A stretch of DNA of 64,000 nt from Calditrichia bacterium. Its GTDB lineage: Bacteria; Calditrichota; Calditrichia; JAJRVZ01. The DNA is taken from NCBI GenBank assembly GCA_963765585.1, contig CAVXXB010000003.1, positions 38,025-102,024 of the forward strand. Direction: 5' to 3'. The position numbers and the translations under genes were made by a program. Positions 30,197 to 39,873 of the stretch are shown here, in pieces; the first letter of the stretch is position 1, and each line of letters starts with the position of its first letter. The notes under the pieces are model-generated. The model was not told where the DNA came from, ran no database searches, and was given only the letters and a program-made list of their open reading frames with translations.

Positions 30197-30961
30197 CTAA
30201 AAAATCACTTCTATCCCCAAGGGACAATGATCCGATCCATGAATTTCTGGTAAAATAAATGCATCTTTCAAATTATCTGTCATATTATCACTGATAAAAA
30301 AATAATCAATCCGCCAGCCGATATTTCTTTTACGCGCATCCATACGGTAACTCCACCAGGTATAATTATCAGGCTCCTTATTGAATACCCGAAAGGTGTC
30401 GATATAGCCATGATCAATAAATTTATCGATCCATGCACGTTCCTCTGGTAAAAATCCGGTATTTTTAGTATTTGTTTTTGGATTCTTGAGGTCAATTTCT
30501 GTGTGTGCGGTGTTATAATCCCCACAGATAATTATTTTTCGTCCTTCTTTTTTTAATGTTTCACATCGCTCCAATACCGTATCGGAAAAAGCCAGCTTAA
30601 ATGGTACACGACCCAGATCATGTTGCCCATTGGGGACATACATATTTATCAACACAAAATCACCGTGATCAGATTCGATGACCCGACCCTCAGCATCATA
30701 ATCTTCCACGCCGATTCCATATGTAATCTTTGCAGGTTCATTCAGAGAAAAAGTCGCTACTCCGCTATACCCTTTCTTTTTTGCAGAATGCCAGTAGGCA
30801 TGGTAGCCTTCAGGCTCGGCTATCTCCGGCGGAACCTGTTCCTTATGTGCCTTCGTTTCCTGCAAACATACAATATCCGGTTTGGATTCATCAAACCATT
30901 CTCTATATCCCTTACCACTTGCCGCTCTGATTCCATTTACGTTCCAGCTGTAGATCTTCAT
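30197..30961 (-). CDS. xthA: Exodeoxyribonuclease III (AP endonuclease)
   Basis: MKIYSWNVNGIRAA and LQETK, plus the C-terminal SDHCP motif of the ExoIII/EEP family. Confidence 0.9.
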   Translation of the reverse strand: MKIYSWNVNGIRAASGKGYREWFDESKPDIVCLQETKAHKEQVPPEIAEPEGYHAYWHSAKKKGYSGVATFSLNEPAKITYGIGVEDYDAEGRVIESDHGDFVLINMYVPNGQHDLGRVPFKLAFSDTVLERCETLKKEGRKIIICGDYNTAHTEIDLKNPKTNTKNTGFLPEERAWIDKFIDHGYIDTFRVFNKEPDNYTWWSYRMDARKRNIGWRIDYFFISDNMTDNLKDAFILPEIHGSDHCPLGIEVIF

Positions 30962-31008
30962 ATATGTTCCTTCTTAATAAAGGTGATTTACTTTTTAAAC
31001 ACTGAGAC

Positions 31009-31146
31009 AAACGTAATTAGGAATTGGGAATTGGGAATTAGGAACTTGTAATTTTTTTGCTATAATCACCTGTGTGTAAAATGTCAAATTCCCAATTACA
31101 AATTACAAAGAACCAATAACTAATTCCCAGTTCCAAATTACGTTTT
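31009..31146. repeat. ~55-bp inverted repeats built from GGGAATT heptamers flanking a 28-bp core containing TATAAT
   Basis: Left arm: aaacgtaattaggaattgggaattgggaattaggaacttgtaattt. The right arm reverse-complements to aaaacgtaatttggaactgggaattagttattggttctttgtaatttgtaattgggaatttg. Core: tttgctataatcacctgtgtgtaaaatgt. Confidence 0.7.
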
Positions 31147-31519
31147 ATCATTCCCGGTGGCTATGTAATTTCGCGGAACGGTCTCAGACCGTTCCCTACG
31201 AAGTAGCACACAAAAAAAATGGAGTATTTAATCTTCGTGTTCTTCGTGAACTTAGTGGTGAAAATTACTATATTGTCCTTTGATTCTTTTTCTCACAAGA
31301 TAATCAGCCCTGATTTTATTTACAACGCCTGATCGCTGCTTTGTCATTCCGAAGCGGAAAATATGCAATTTAATTTCGATAGGACGCATTCAATGCGTCC
31401 CTACTATCCCTGATATTCCTCTTGATTTATAAGCATCCGGTGACTATTTTTAACCCTTATATTTTATTTGTTTTATTGTATATTTATCCAAAAAAATTTT
31501 CTTCCCGGGAGGATTTGTT

Positions 31520-32482
31520 ATGTGGGTTTCACTAAGTATTATTTTGGTAATCATATTTCTGGTGATATTGGAATATCGTATCCGAAAACCCGATCAGTTT
31601 ATTCTCTTTGAATCAGAAGGAAAAGTTAAGAGACGTAAAGCCCGCTTTTATCCCCGGCACTTCAGTCTGGCTCTTCCTGCCACAACACATTCAATTTCCT
31701 TAAAAGTAGAAACTGAGGCCAGGGGGAAATTACCTATCATTGTATCACTTGCTGTAACCATTGCCGCCTCAGCAGAACATCTTTCTGCTTTAATCCGCGT
31801 GGGTGGTTGGAAAAAAGATGCGGTGATCAAAGCCGGAAAAGAACTGGAAGTACTGCTGCAATCTGCCATTTCGGAACATTGTGAAAAATATGAGATAGAA
31901 GATCTTTCAACAGAAGCTCTGAATAAGCAATTAAATACCAAACTGGGAAAATCAGTTGCCGATCTGGGCATTAACATTATCTCTCTAAGTATTCAGGCCG
32001 TTGATCCAGTCGATGATGAAATCGCCGAAGCGATGCAGCAACGTGAAGCCAGCCGCATTCTTGAACAGACCGAGGCCGAAAAACAGAGAGCCCGGGTCGC
32101 GGCAACAAAAGCAAAAATCGACGCCGATGAAAAGATTGCACTGGCCGAACATGATCTCGATTTGAAAAAATTCAAATTACAGGAAGCACATCTCGCCAGA
32201 GAAAATGATATTACTAACCAGAAAGTGAAAGAAGATTTGAAACGACGCGAAATGCAACTTGATTTTGAAAAACAAGAGGTCGAATTATTGAGTAAAAATC
32301 CGGAACTCATGGTGCTCAGTCCGCAATTAACGCGCCTGGCTGAAGCCAGTCAGAATCTTAAAAATGCCCGGACGGTAGTATCACTCTCGCCACAACAAGC
32401 ATCACAAGGCGGTCAGATTCTTGATCTGATCCAGGATTTTCTGGGAGGAATGGCCAAGGGACAGGGGAAGAAGAAGAATTAG
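31520..32482 (+). CDS. Flotillin-like / SPFH-domain membrane protein with coiled-coil C-terminus
   Basis: N-terminal TM helix, a band-7-like middle region, and a long EA-rich coiled coil (EQTEAEKQRARVAATKAKIDADEK...). 320 aa. Confidence 0.6.
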   Translation: MWVSLSIILVIIFLVILEYRIRKPDQFILFESEGKVKRRKARFYPRHFSLALPATTHSISLKVETEARGKLPIIVSLAVTIAASAEHLSALIRVGGWKKDAVIKAGKELEVLLQSAISEHCEKYEIEDLSTEALNKQLNTKLGKSVADLGINIISLSIQAVDPVDDEIAEAMQQREASRILEQTEAEKQRARVAATKAKIDADEKIALAEHDLDLKKFKLQEAHLARENDITNQKVKEDLKRREMQLDFEKQEVELLSKNPELMVLSPQLTRLAEASQNLKNARTVVSLSPQQASQGGQILDLIQDFLGGMAKGQGKKKN

Positions 32483-32605
32483 GAATGAGGAGTGAGGAGT
32501 CAGAAATTAGAATATTTCAGATAGTGCTTTTTGCTCTGGAAACAAATATTAAATATTGATAACACAAAAGTTCATAGTATAAAATTCATACTTAACAACC
32601 CATTC

Positions 32606-35600
32606 ATGCCGAATAATAAAGACCTACATGATTTGTTTCAGCTCCGGGCGTTGAAAAGTGCCAAGGTTTCTGAAATTAGTGAGGCCACCGCCGCTTCTCC
32701 GGTTCCTGTTGCAGAACGAGTAAATTTACATATTGGGAATCCGGTTCAGGATGGACGCCTGGTTGATTTGTATTATCAGATGGTGACTGGAATTCAACCG
32801 GGGCCAAATCCGGAATTAGAATTATCAGGATGGGATACTGAGCATAAAGCGTGGCTAGAACTCATCAGAAATTCCATAAGAAAAAGTGTCCCCTATTTGC
32901 CACGCGGCGGGTATTTACGGTCTGATCCCGGAGATGTAATCACCTTTTTTAAAAGCTGGCTTACAAAGGATCAACCTGAACCACTGGAATATGATTTTGG
33001 TGAAAAATCGGGAAAAAGAGAATGTATAATCGCCAGCGGCGGCATTAACGAAGTTTTACGTGTTATACTGCATTCCATATCGGACTATCTGATTCACAAA
33101 CCGGCCCACATTATTTTTTCCGGGATTAAACCATCCGGGTGTCTAAAGACATTTAAGGCACTCCAATTGTCGTATCTTAATTTAAAAGAGGAGCATCAGC
33201 TAAAAATATTATCCGGTTACTTCAATGCCAAAAACGATGAAGTCGTTTACCTGATCCTCGGACATCACATATCTGAATTAATGCGTCGTGAAATCCGGCA
33301 AATATGCCTGCAACACCCATTGATGGTAATCGAAGCAAACGATACACCAAACCACCTTTCCCTGGCCCGTGAAGCAAAAATGCGTGATCGGGTAATTCGT
33401 ATTTTGTCTCCTGCTACGATAATTCCCAATAAGACGAGACTACCGATTTCTTTTATTGCCGGAAATGCTGACTATTTGCGTGTATTCGAAAATGTACATT
33501 TTGAATTAAAGGGTACCCCGCCTGCCGCGGAGGTCGAACTCCTGTCATTTCTGATAAACAATAAAGAGGCTCCGGAAACTCTGCCGTTACCCGATGCCAC
33601 AGGTGAAGAATCGGGATATTACACAACAATGGACCGGAATCTGGCGAACTCCGTGAAGTTACATGAACGCATAGGATTGCAGTACACCGATCGAACTGCC
33701 ACAATTGAGAAAATCAGCAATAAATATTTTAGCAGAACAGACAGAATACGTGACCGTTTTTTAAAAAAGTACCCGGCATCTTTACGGGCTGATGATCCCT
33801 ACGCAAATCAGGAATCGTCTCAGGTCTTAGCCGAGTTTTTGACCGATATCCGGACAAATACAAATCTGAACCAAATTTATGAGTCATTTCTGTCCGCCTT
33901 TATTACCCATCATCCACAATATGATTTCGACAAATGCTTTGTATCAAGCGGCTCCTCACGAACCGCACTGAGTCTTCTGGGTTTTCAATGTGGCATTAAA
34001 ACGGCCATTGTGCCTGATCTGAGCTGGACATATCACCACTGCTTCCCGGAAGTAAAAACTGTTCCCCTGACAGAAGATCTGATGCTCGATGAACAGTCTG
34101 TTTTAGACCAGGTCCGGGATGTATCGAACTCGTCGTCATCCGGTCAGTTGGCATTAGTGCTTAATAATCCTCACAATGCCAGCGGCAAAATTTTTGATGA
34201 ATCTGTACTGAAAAATTTATTAATAAAACTACTTACGCAGAAAATATTTGTGATTGACGATTTGTCATATGAGAATGTAGCACCGGCAAAAAACCTGAGG
34301 GGACCCAAAACATTGAAGCAGATCGCCCTCGATCTGCGGAAAACAGGTGTTCTCAATGATCTGGATTTGCAATACCTGATCAGCGTTCACTCACTTTCAA
34401 AGACTGATTGTTTTGCCGGGGGCAGACTATCGGTTATTGAAATTTTACATCCCGGATTACACAGCGAGTATAGCGAAATTAACAATAATATCGTGCCAAA
34501 CTACATGGCAATATTTCTGGCGTATATGTTCTACCGCAACCCGCCAGATCAGGTACGGACCTTCTGGACTTTACGCAATGAGATCATGGATGAACGCATG
34601 AGAGCGCTCGAGCAGGCAGAAAATGAACTGCCGGCAGACCGTAACCTGTTCAATATCAAAATTATCCGTCCTATGGGCAGCATGTATCCACATCTGATTG
34701 TCACAGATCTTCCTAAAGGTATATCTCTGGATTGGCTGGCATCCGGGTTGGCACGTCGTGGTATTGGACTGGTTCCGCTTACCACATTTAGCCGCACCGG
34801 AAAAGGATATGAACTGGCCAGAAAAACCTTTCGATTAACTCTGGGAGGTAGTTCAGATCATGAAGAACTATTCCGGAAGACTCGACGAGTATTAATCGAT
34901 CTGAATCGTCTGATCAAAGAGGAATCAACCAGATATAATTTAAATCTCTTTCCGCTGCGTAAATTAAAATATCGCCCGGAGAAATATTTTCCGGAAGCTA
35001 TTAGCATGTGGAATGATATTACAGATAAAGTAATTGTCGACGCGCAATTACTGTTTGAAAAAAAATGCCGGCAAATACCAGCCCTGTCCGGTGACGATTC
35101 ACTGGCCAAAAAATTTAGCACTGATTATTTACCATCCCGTCTGGAGATTCTTAAAACCAGGTTGGATGATCAGATAAACATTAAATCTGCATTCTTGTCG
35201 GAGATATCAGAGAATCCGCATCATCAGATCGAAGCCCTCTTAAAACAGGAACTATATAAAGAAAATATTGAAATTCGTGCGGAGAATTTTCGTCACCGGA
35301 TGTTTGACAGAACGGTACATCCCACACAAAATTACGCATTAAAAGTTGATTTGACAGCAAACCTGTTATTTGAGGCTATTCTTAGCGGGCAACTTCCGGA
35401 CCGGCAGACAATTGGTCATCTCATATCTGAATTAGTAGCCGAATACCTGGGTCTTAATGTTCCCATTCGCGCAGTGGAAGAAGGAAATGAACTGGTCATG
35501 GATCTAAAGGCCGTATTATTGGCCGAGGAACATACCCGCTGGAATTCCATGGAATCCGTTACGCCATACTTGCTTTCCTTCTGGGGCGACTGGGATGGCA

Positions 35601-38017
35601 GTACAAGACCATCCGGACAGGGACATCTTCTGGTTTCTGCTGTTTTACTTGAAAATGTTCGCCAACTGTCTGAGCTGGTAAAGTCTTTAAACAAAAACTC
35701 ACCGGAAGTCCATATCCCGGCAGACATATTAGCCGAAATTCAAAATCTGGATTCACGAACCATAAAATTCTGGAAATTGTTTCATCGCATCAATATTTTG
35801 ACCAATCAACTGGAAAAACGATATCGCAGCGTCTTACCCCACAATTTTAGTAGTTCTAAGCTGAGAAAGATTGCATCACGTTTTAAAGTGGTCCGGGATC
35901 CTATCAGGGCGTTATGGCAACATAATGACCGTCTTGAAAAAAAGATGCTTGATCTGCGCAAGCAACGCCATGATTCTATGGAATATTATTTTGCCCTAAA
36001 TAAACGTCTGCGTAAACTCTTATTTGAAAATATATCCTTATTCGGTGCATCATTCCATAATCCCCGATTTGCAATAAAAGCCGGACTATACCGCAGTCCA
36101 TTACGACGATTCAATCTAACACCCCGGATCCATCAGAATATGATCACATCAACAGATCAGTTCGCGATCGACACCACAGTTCATAACATGATGGAAATAA
36201 ATGAAATCTCCGGGAAATACGGAAATCCGGGAATGATTCAGGCGTTACAAATTAGTATGTCAGACCGGCCCGAGGCATTAATCGCACTCGACCAGAAGAT
36301 CCGATCTTACCGGGAAAATTTATTACGCGAGCACCCGGATCTTCAGGTGCCAAATATTTGGCTCATTCCCCTGTTTGAGGATGTCGAAACGGTACAAGGT
36401 TTAGGAAAATATCTGGACCGGTTATGGGAATACAGTATTGCCAGTAGAAGAATCGATCAGGATACGGCTGACCGGTTTGCTGAAATGATTTGTGAAATTT
36501 TCATTGCCGGCTCTGACCTGAGTCAGCAAGTGGGTCAATCAACTGCTGCATTTTTATTTAAAGATGCCAAATTGAAAACCATACAATGGTTAGCTGAAAA
36601 GGGTCTTAGCGACAGAGTTCGTATCAAACTTGGCAGCGGTGAACCGATGCAACGCCAGGGTGGCTATTATAAATCGGCACTAACCAGAAATCCATTTATA
36701 AATAGCCGCAATTCACGGATACGCATGACACAAAATTTGAGTCCGGCCGCACAAAAGAGCACCGAATATGCCAAGAGCCCCTTGCAGGGTATTATGTCCA
36801 CCGGTGATTTAAGAACATTTCAGAGTCGTGTTTTTGAAAAAATAAAATTTATTCCAACGGCAGAGCGAGCACGCCTGCTGCATCATATAATGAAAGCACA
36901 GGAATTCTATCAGAACGAACTTTTCCGGATAAGCGAACCATTTCTTGAAACACGACTGGCCTTCGAAGAGAGAGGATTTCAGGAACTGGAGCGATTATCA
37001 TTTGGACAACGAGATCCTATTTATTCAGATTTCACGGATCTGGTGACGCAAAATTTCCGCCGAATATTGTATGGCAGCGATGATGATGTAGTGGGTATTC
37101 ATGTTATCTCATATTTTATTTCACGGACCACACCAGCGCTTCGCGACCGTCCAACGGTAAGACCTACCCGGGAAGTGACCTCTGACCGTGGACAGAGAAT
37201 TATTCAGCGTATTGCCCAGACATTACCCATGTCACGTCATGGCACGCTATTAAGGGCTATCGGACATAATCGTGCCCAGACTCTCATTCTTGGTATAAAT
37301 CAGCTAACTACGGGCTTATTTCGTGCCCTTGATGAATTTGCAGCTACGCAAAGCACCTATGAAGATGGCTTGGCTTTGATAAATGACAGAATTTTACCAA
37401 ATCTTCCCGTTCAGGAAATATTGCATAGCCTGCGAATTTATCACGAACCAAGCCATACATATCTGAAGAAAATGGCACGGGGGTTTCCTGCAGAAAATTC
37501 TGCGTTTCTCTATCTACGCGAAGAATTGGATAGTATGAATAAATATATCGGGATTTTTCAGAAAGAATTTCTGAGACGTCACGGTCTGAATATAAATGAA
37601 TTCTTCGATGGCAATATGTTCAAGCCTGATCTGTTACCCACAATCAGACCATCTCTGGCCGTTTTACTTCAACCTGATCTCTTTAATACATCCGAAGAAA
37701 AACTGATTGAACAAATTAGTGGAAAAGTCGACAGTGACTGGAACGAGGAAATTCGTCCGCTTCTGGAATTGCCATTAGCCATACAAAACTGGCGTCAACA
37801 GACATGGGAATTAATTGAGAAGCCCATTTTTACACAGGTGAAAAGTTTTGTTGAATTGGCCCACGCACTTAATACACTAACTGCCGGACAATCGCAAAAG
37901 GATGCCGGTCTGGCGATCAACCCGTCAAAGATGTTAAGAATGAGTTCAAATATTACCTCCCTGCTATCGGGTGTACGTGATGATTCGATGCGTCAATTCC
38001 TTAGCCTCTGTGGTTGA
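32606..38017 (+). CDS. Giant multidomain protein: class-I aminotransferase-fold (PLP) domain fused to a divergent phosphoenolpyruvate-carboxylase-like domain
   Basis: Aminotransferase motifs sit at canonical spacing: NNPHNASG (cf. NPxNPTG), IDDLSYE ~30 aa later, SLSK (the Schiff-base Lys) ~45 aa later, then GGRLS (cf. GxRxG). PEPC-like motifs sit at E. coli-like spacing: TVHPTQ (TAHPTE); ~363 aa later IPLFEDVETV (VPLFETIEDL); ~37 aa later IAGSDLSQQVG (GYSDSAKDAG); ~42 aa later GSGEPMQRQGG (GRGGSIGRGG). The protein ends in Gly, as PEPC does. The track ORF starts at a TTG at 32531; the first ATG is 32606. Confidence 0.6.
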   Translation: MPNNKDLHDLFQLRALKSAKVSEISEATAASPVPVAERVNLHIGNPVQDGRLVDLYYQMVTGIQPGPNPELELSGWDTEHKAWLELIRNSIRKSVPYLPRGGYLRSDPGDVITFFKSWLTKDQPEPLEYDFGEKSGKRECIIASGGINEVLRVILHSISDYLIHKPAHIIFSGIKPSGCLKTFKALQLSYLNLKEEHQLKILSGYFNAKNDEVVYLILGHHISELMRREIRQICLQHPLMVIEANDTPNHLSLAREAKMRDRVIRILSPATIIPNKTRLPISFIAGNADYLRVFENVHFELKGTPPAAEVELLSFLINNKEAPETLPLPDATGEESGYYTTMDRNLANSVKLHERIGLQYTDRTATIEKISNKYFSRTDRIRDRFLKKYPASLRADDPYANQESSQVLAEFLTDIRTNTNLNQIYESFLSAFITHHPQYDFDKCFVSSGSSRTALSLLGFQCGIKTAIVPDLSWTYHHCFPEVKTVPLTEDLMLDEQSVLDQVRDVSNSSSSGQLALVLNNPHNASGKIFDESVLKNLLIKLLTQKIFVIDDLSYENVAPAKNLRGPKTLKQIALDLRKTGVLNDLDLQYLISVHSLSKTDCFAGGRLSVIEILHPGLHSEYSEINNNIVPNYMAIFLAYMFYRNPPDQVRTFWTLRNEIMDERMRALEQAENELPADRNLFNIKIIRPMGSMYPHLIVTDLPKGISLDWLASGLARRGIGLVPLTTFSRTGKGYELARKTFRLTLGGSSDHEELFRKTRRVLIDLNRLIKEESTRYNLNLFPLRKLKYRPEKYFPEAISMWNDITDKVIVDAQLLFEKKCRQIPALSGDDSLAKKFSTDYLPSRLEILKTRLDDQINIKSAFLSEISENPHHQIEALLKQELYKENIEIRAENFRHRMFDRTVHPTQNYALKVDLTANLLFEAILSGQLPDRQTIGHLISELVAEYLGLNVPIRAVEEGNELVMDLKAVLLAEEHTRWNSMESVTPYLLSFWGDWDGSTRPSGQGHLLVSAVLLENVRQLSELVKSLNKNSPEVHIPADILAEIQNLDSRTIKFWKLFHRINILTNQLEKRYRSVLPHNFSSSKLRKIASRFKVVRDPIRALWQHNDRLEKKMLDLRKQRHDSMEYYFALNKRLRKLLFENISLFGASFHNPRFAIKAGLYRSPLRRFNLTPRIHQNMITSTDQFAIDTTVHNMMEINEISGKYGNPGMIQALQISMSDRPEALIALDQKIRSYRENLLREHPDLQVPNIWLIPLFEDVETVQGLGKYLDRLWEYSIASRRIDQDTADRFAEMICEIFIAGSDLSQQVGQSTAAFLFKDAKLKTIQWLAEKGLSDRVRIKLGSGEPMQRQGGYYKSALTRNPFINSRNSRIRMTQNLSPAAQKSTEYAKSPLQGIMSTGDLRTFQSRVFEKIKFIPTAERARLLHHIMKAQEFYQNELFRISEPFLETRLAFEERGFQELERLSFGQRDPIYSDFTDLVTQNFRRILYGSDDDVVGIHVISYFISRTTPALRDRPTVRPTREVTSDRGQRIIQRIAQTLPMSRHGTLLRAIGHNRAQTLILGINQLTTGLFRALDEFAATQSTYEDGLALINDRILPNLPVQEILHSLRIYHEPSHTYLKKMARGFPAENSAFLYLREELDSMNKYIGIFQKEFLRRHGLNINEFFDGNMFKPDLLPTIRPSLAVLLQPDLFNTSEEKLIEQISGKVDSDWNEEIRPLLELPLAIQNWRQQTWELIEKPIFTQVKSFVELAHALNTLTAGQSQKDAGLAINPSKMLRMSSNITSLLSGVRDDSMRQFLSLCG

Positions 38018-38367
38018 ATTTCTGACTCAATTTCCGGAATCCTCAGATCAGGTTCCAATCAATATTTTGCGTGCCCTGGAGGATGTTGAAACAATCATCA
38101 AAATTGAAGAACAGGCATTAAGCAAAAAAGAGCAGGATGCATTGCGATTTTATATTTTACAGATGGCACGCCTTGCCGGTGAGAATGGGTAGGGACGTAT
38201 TACATGTGTCCTGTTTGTGGTAATTGTAAAGAATTCCATTTTTTTTAATAAAAATGTCATCTCGAAGAGATCTTCCAGGATTTTTTACACATAGATAACG
38301 AGAAGATTCCTGCGGAATGACTTCTATGATTGACTTGAAGTTTTAAGGTTTATTAGTGGAATATTTT

Positions 38368-39714
38368 CTATCCGGGAACGGATGGGTTCAAATCAAACAC
38401 GCGCATCTTTTCGCGGAGTGTTGTTCGAGAGATATTCAGAATTTCTGCTGCACGAGATTTATTTCCATTAGTACGTGATAACACTTTTTTAATATGTGCT
38501 CTTTCAATATCCTGTAATGTACAGTTTCCCAACACATCTATTTCGGCCGGATTCTTGCGTGCGTCCAAATCAAGAAAAGGCAAAGTCTCAACCGCAATAC
38601 TTCCTTTGCGTGTAATCAGGACTGCCCGTTCAATCAATAATCGCAATTCCTCAACATTTCCCGGCCAATGATATTCTTTTATCTTTTTTTCCGCCTCTGG
38701 CATCAAATCTTTTACTTTATGATCAAACTTCCGGTTAAACAGTTGAATATAGAAATAGGCGATTGGTAAAATGTCTGCCTGGCGCTGACGTAATGGCGAT
38801 ATTACCAGTTCGAATGCACGCAGGCGGAAAAATAATTCGCGGGAAAAATGATCATAATTCAAAAACGTTTCCAGATCGAATTCTGTAATTCCGATTATTC
38901 TGGTGTTTGATTTCTGGTCTATTTGAGAATTAATTCTTCTAAAATTTCCAGTATCCAGATAAAAAAGCAATCTATGTTGCAGTTCACTATCCAGGGTTTC
39001 TATATGCGTCAGGACCAGTGTACCATCTTGTGAAATCTCAAGATAGCCAGCCGGTTCAGCATTTTTATCTGGCGAATTTTTCTCCTCACCAAATAATTGT
39101 TTGAGCAATTCTTGTGAAGAAACCATTTTACAATTAATTACATGAAACGGCTTTGTCGCATCATTACTTTTAAAGTGTATCAATCGGGCAATATATTCTT
39201 TTTCCGTTCCCTTTTCACCGCGTATTAAACAATGGGTTTTTCGGGATTTAGAAATCACATTAACAAAATCATTAATCTGCTTAAGTGTTTTACTTTCTCC
39301 AACCAGCGGCAGATCATGTTCATTGCTTACAGATTCGGCGTAAGATTGAAAACGGGACCGGGTCGGAATTGCGGTATTGTAAAGCAATAACTTTAGATTA
39401 TGCTTATTGGGAGGGGTAACTATTTCTTTAATCATTCTGGGTTGCACTGATTTAGGCAAACGAACTGCGGTCTGAGCCACATTAAAAATAGCCAAACCCG
39501 TTTTTGAATTATTAGCCAGATAACGGGTTAATCCTTTGGGGAATTTCCCCTTGGAAAACTCAGGTTGCCAGATAATCAGATCCAGATCCATTCTTACAAA
39601 CTCAGGACTATCTATATCTGAATGAGTAAGGATTTGTGTTTGAATATCTGATTCTTCGCTTAGCTTTTGAAAGCCACTAAAGCTCTTAATGGCCAGACCA
39701 ATACGTAAAACCAT
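38368..39714 (-). CDS. Sigma-54-activator (bEBP) homologue with degenerate AAA+ motifs, no GAFTGA, and a C-terminal Fis-type HTH
   Basis: The central domain aligns end to end with bEBPs: VINC, LFGEEK, WPGNVEEL. But Walker A is GEKGTEKE (vs GESGTGKE), GAFTGA is replaced by NSPDKN, and Walker B GTLFLDEI has become GTLVLTHIETL. C-terminal HTH: RAAEILNISRTTLREKM. Confidence 0.7.
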   Translation of the reverse strand: MVLRIGLAIKSFSGFQKLSEESDIQTQILTHSDIDSPEFVRMDLDLIIWQPEFSKGKFPKGLTRYLANNSKTGLAIFNVAQTAVRLPKSVQPRMIKEIVTPPNKHNLKLLLYNTAIPTRSRFQSYAESVSNEHDLPLVGESKTLKQINDFVNVISKSRKTHCLIRGEKGTEKEYIARLIHFKSNDATKPFHVINCKMVSSQELLKQLFGEEKNSPDKNAEPAGYLEISQDGTLVLTHIETLDSELQHRLLFYLDTGNFRRINSQIDQKSNTRIIGITEFDLETFLNYDHFSRELFFRLRAFELVISPLRQRQADILPIAYFYIQLFNRKFDHKVKDLMPEAEKKIKEYHWPGNVEELRLLIERAVLITRKGSIAVETLPFLDLDARKNPAEIDVLGNCTLQDIERAHIKKVLSRTNGNKSRAAEILNISRTTLREKMRVFDLNPSVPG

Positions 39715-39825
39715 ATGCCCCTTGCAGAGATTATTATAACATAGTAATCGTCATAAAAAGGACAGACGTTATTACATTTTAAGAATTTTTCTTGAAGTTT
39801 TGTAAGGGGGGAAGATCCAATTAAT

Positions 39826-39850
39826 GTAGTCCATCTTTGAGATGGACTAC
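39826..39850. repeat. Second copy of the GTAGTCCATCT/AGATGGACTAC palindrome
   Basis: Same 11-bp stem as 16445..16469, with loop ttg. It lies between two co-oriented minus-strand genes. Confidence 0.85.
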
Positions 39851-39873
39851 ATTCTGGACTACATCATATAAAA

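Noticed and set aside
31648-32310. Two minus-strand ORFs (109 and 105 codons) inside the flotillin-like gene
   Set aside because: Antisense shadows of the EA-rich coiled-coil coding region. Ser/Cys/Ala-rich low-complexity sequence.
37971-38192. 73-codon plus-strand ORF overlapping the last 47 nt of the giant gene
   Set aside because: No RBS, and the start is embedded in a well-supported gene. It could be a real small protein, but nothing in the sequence supports it.
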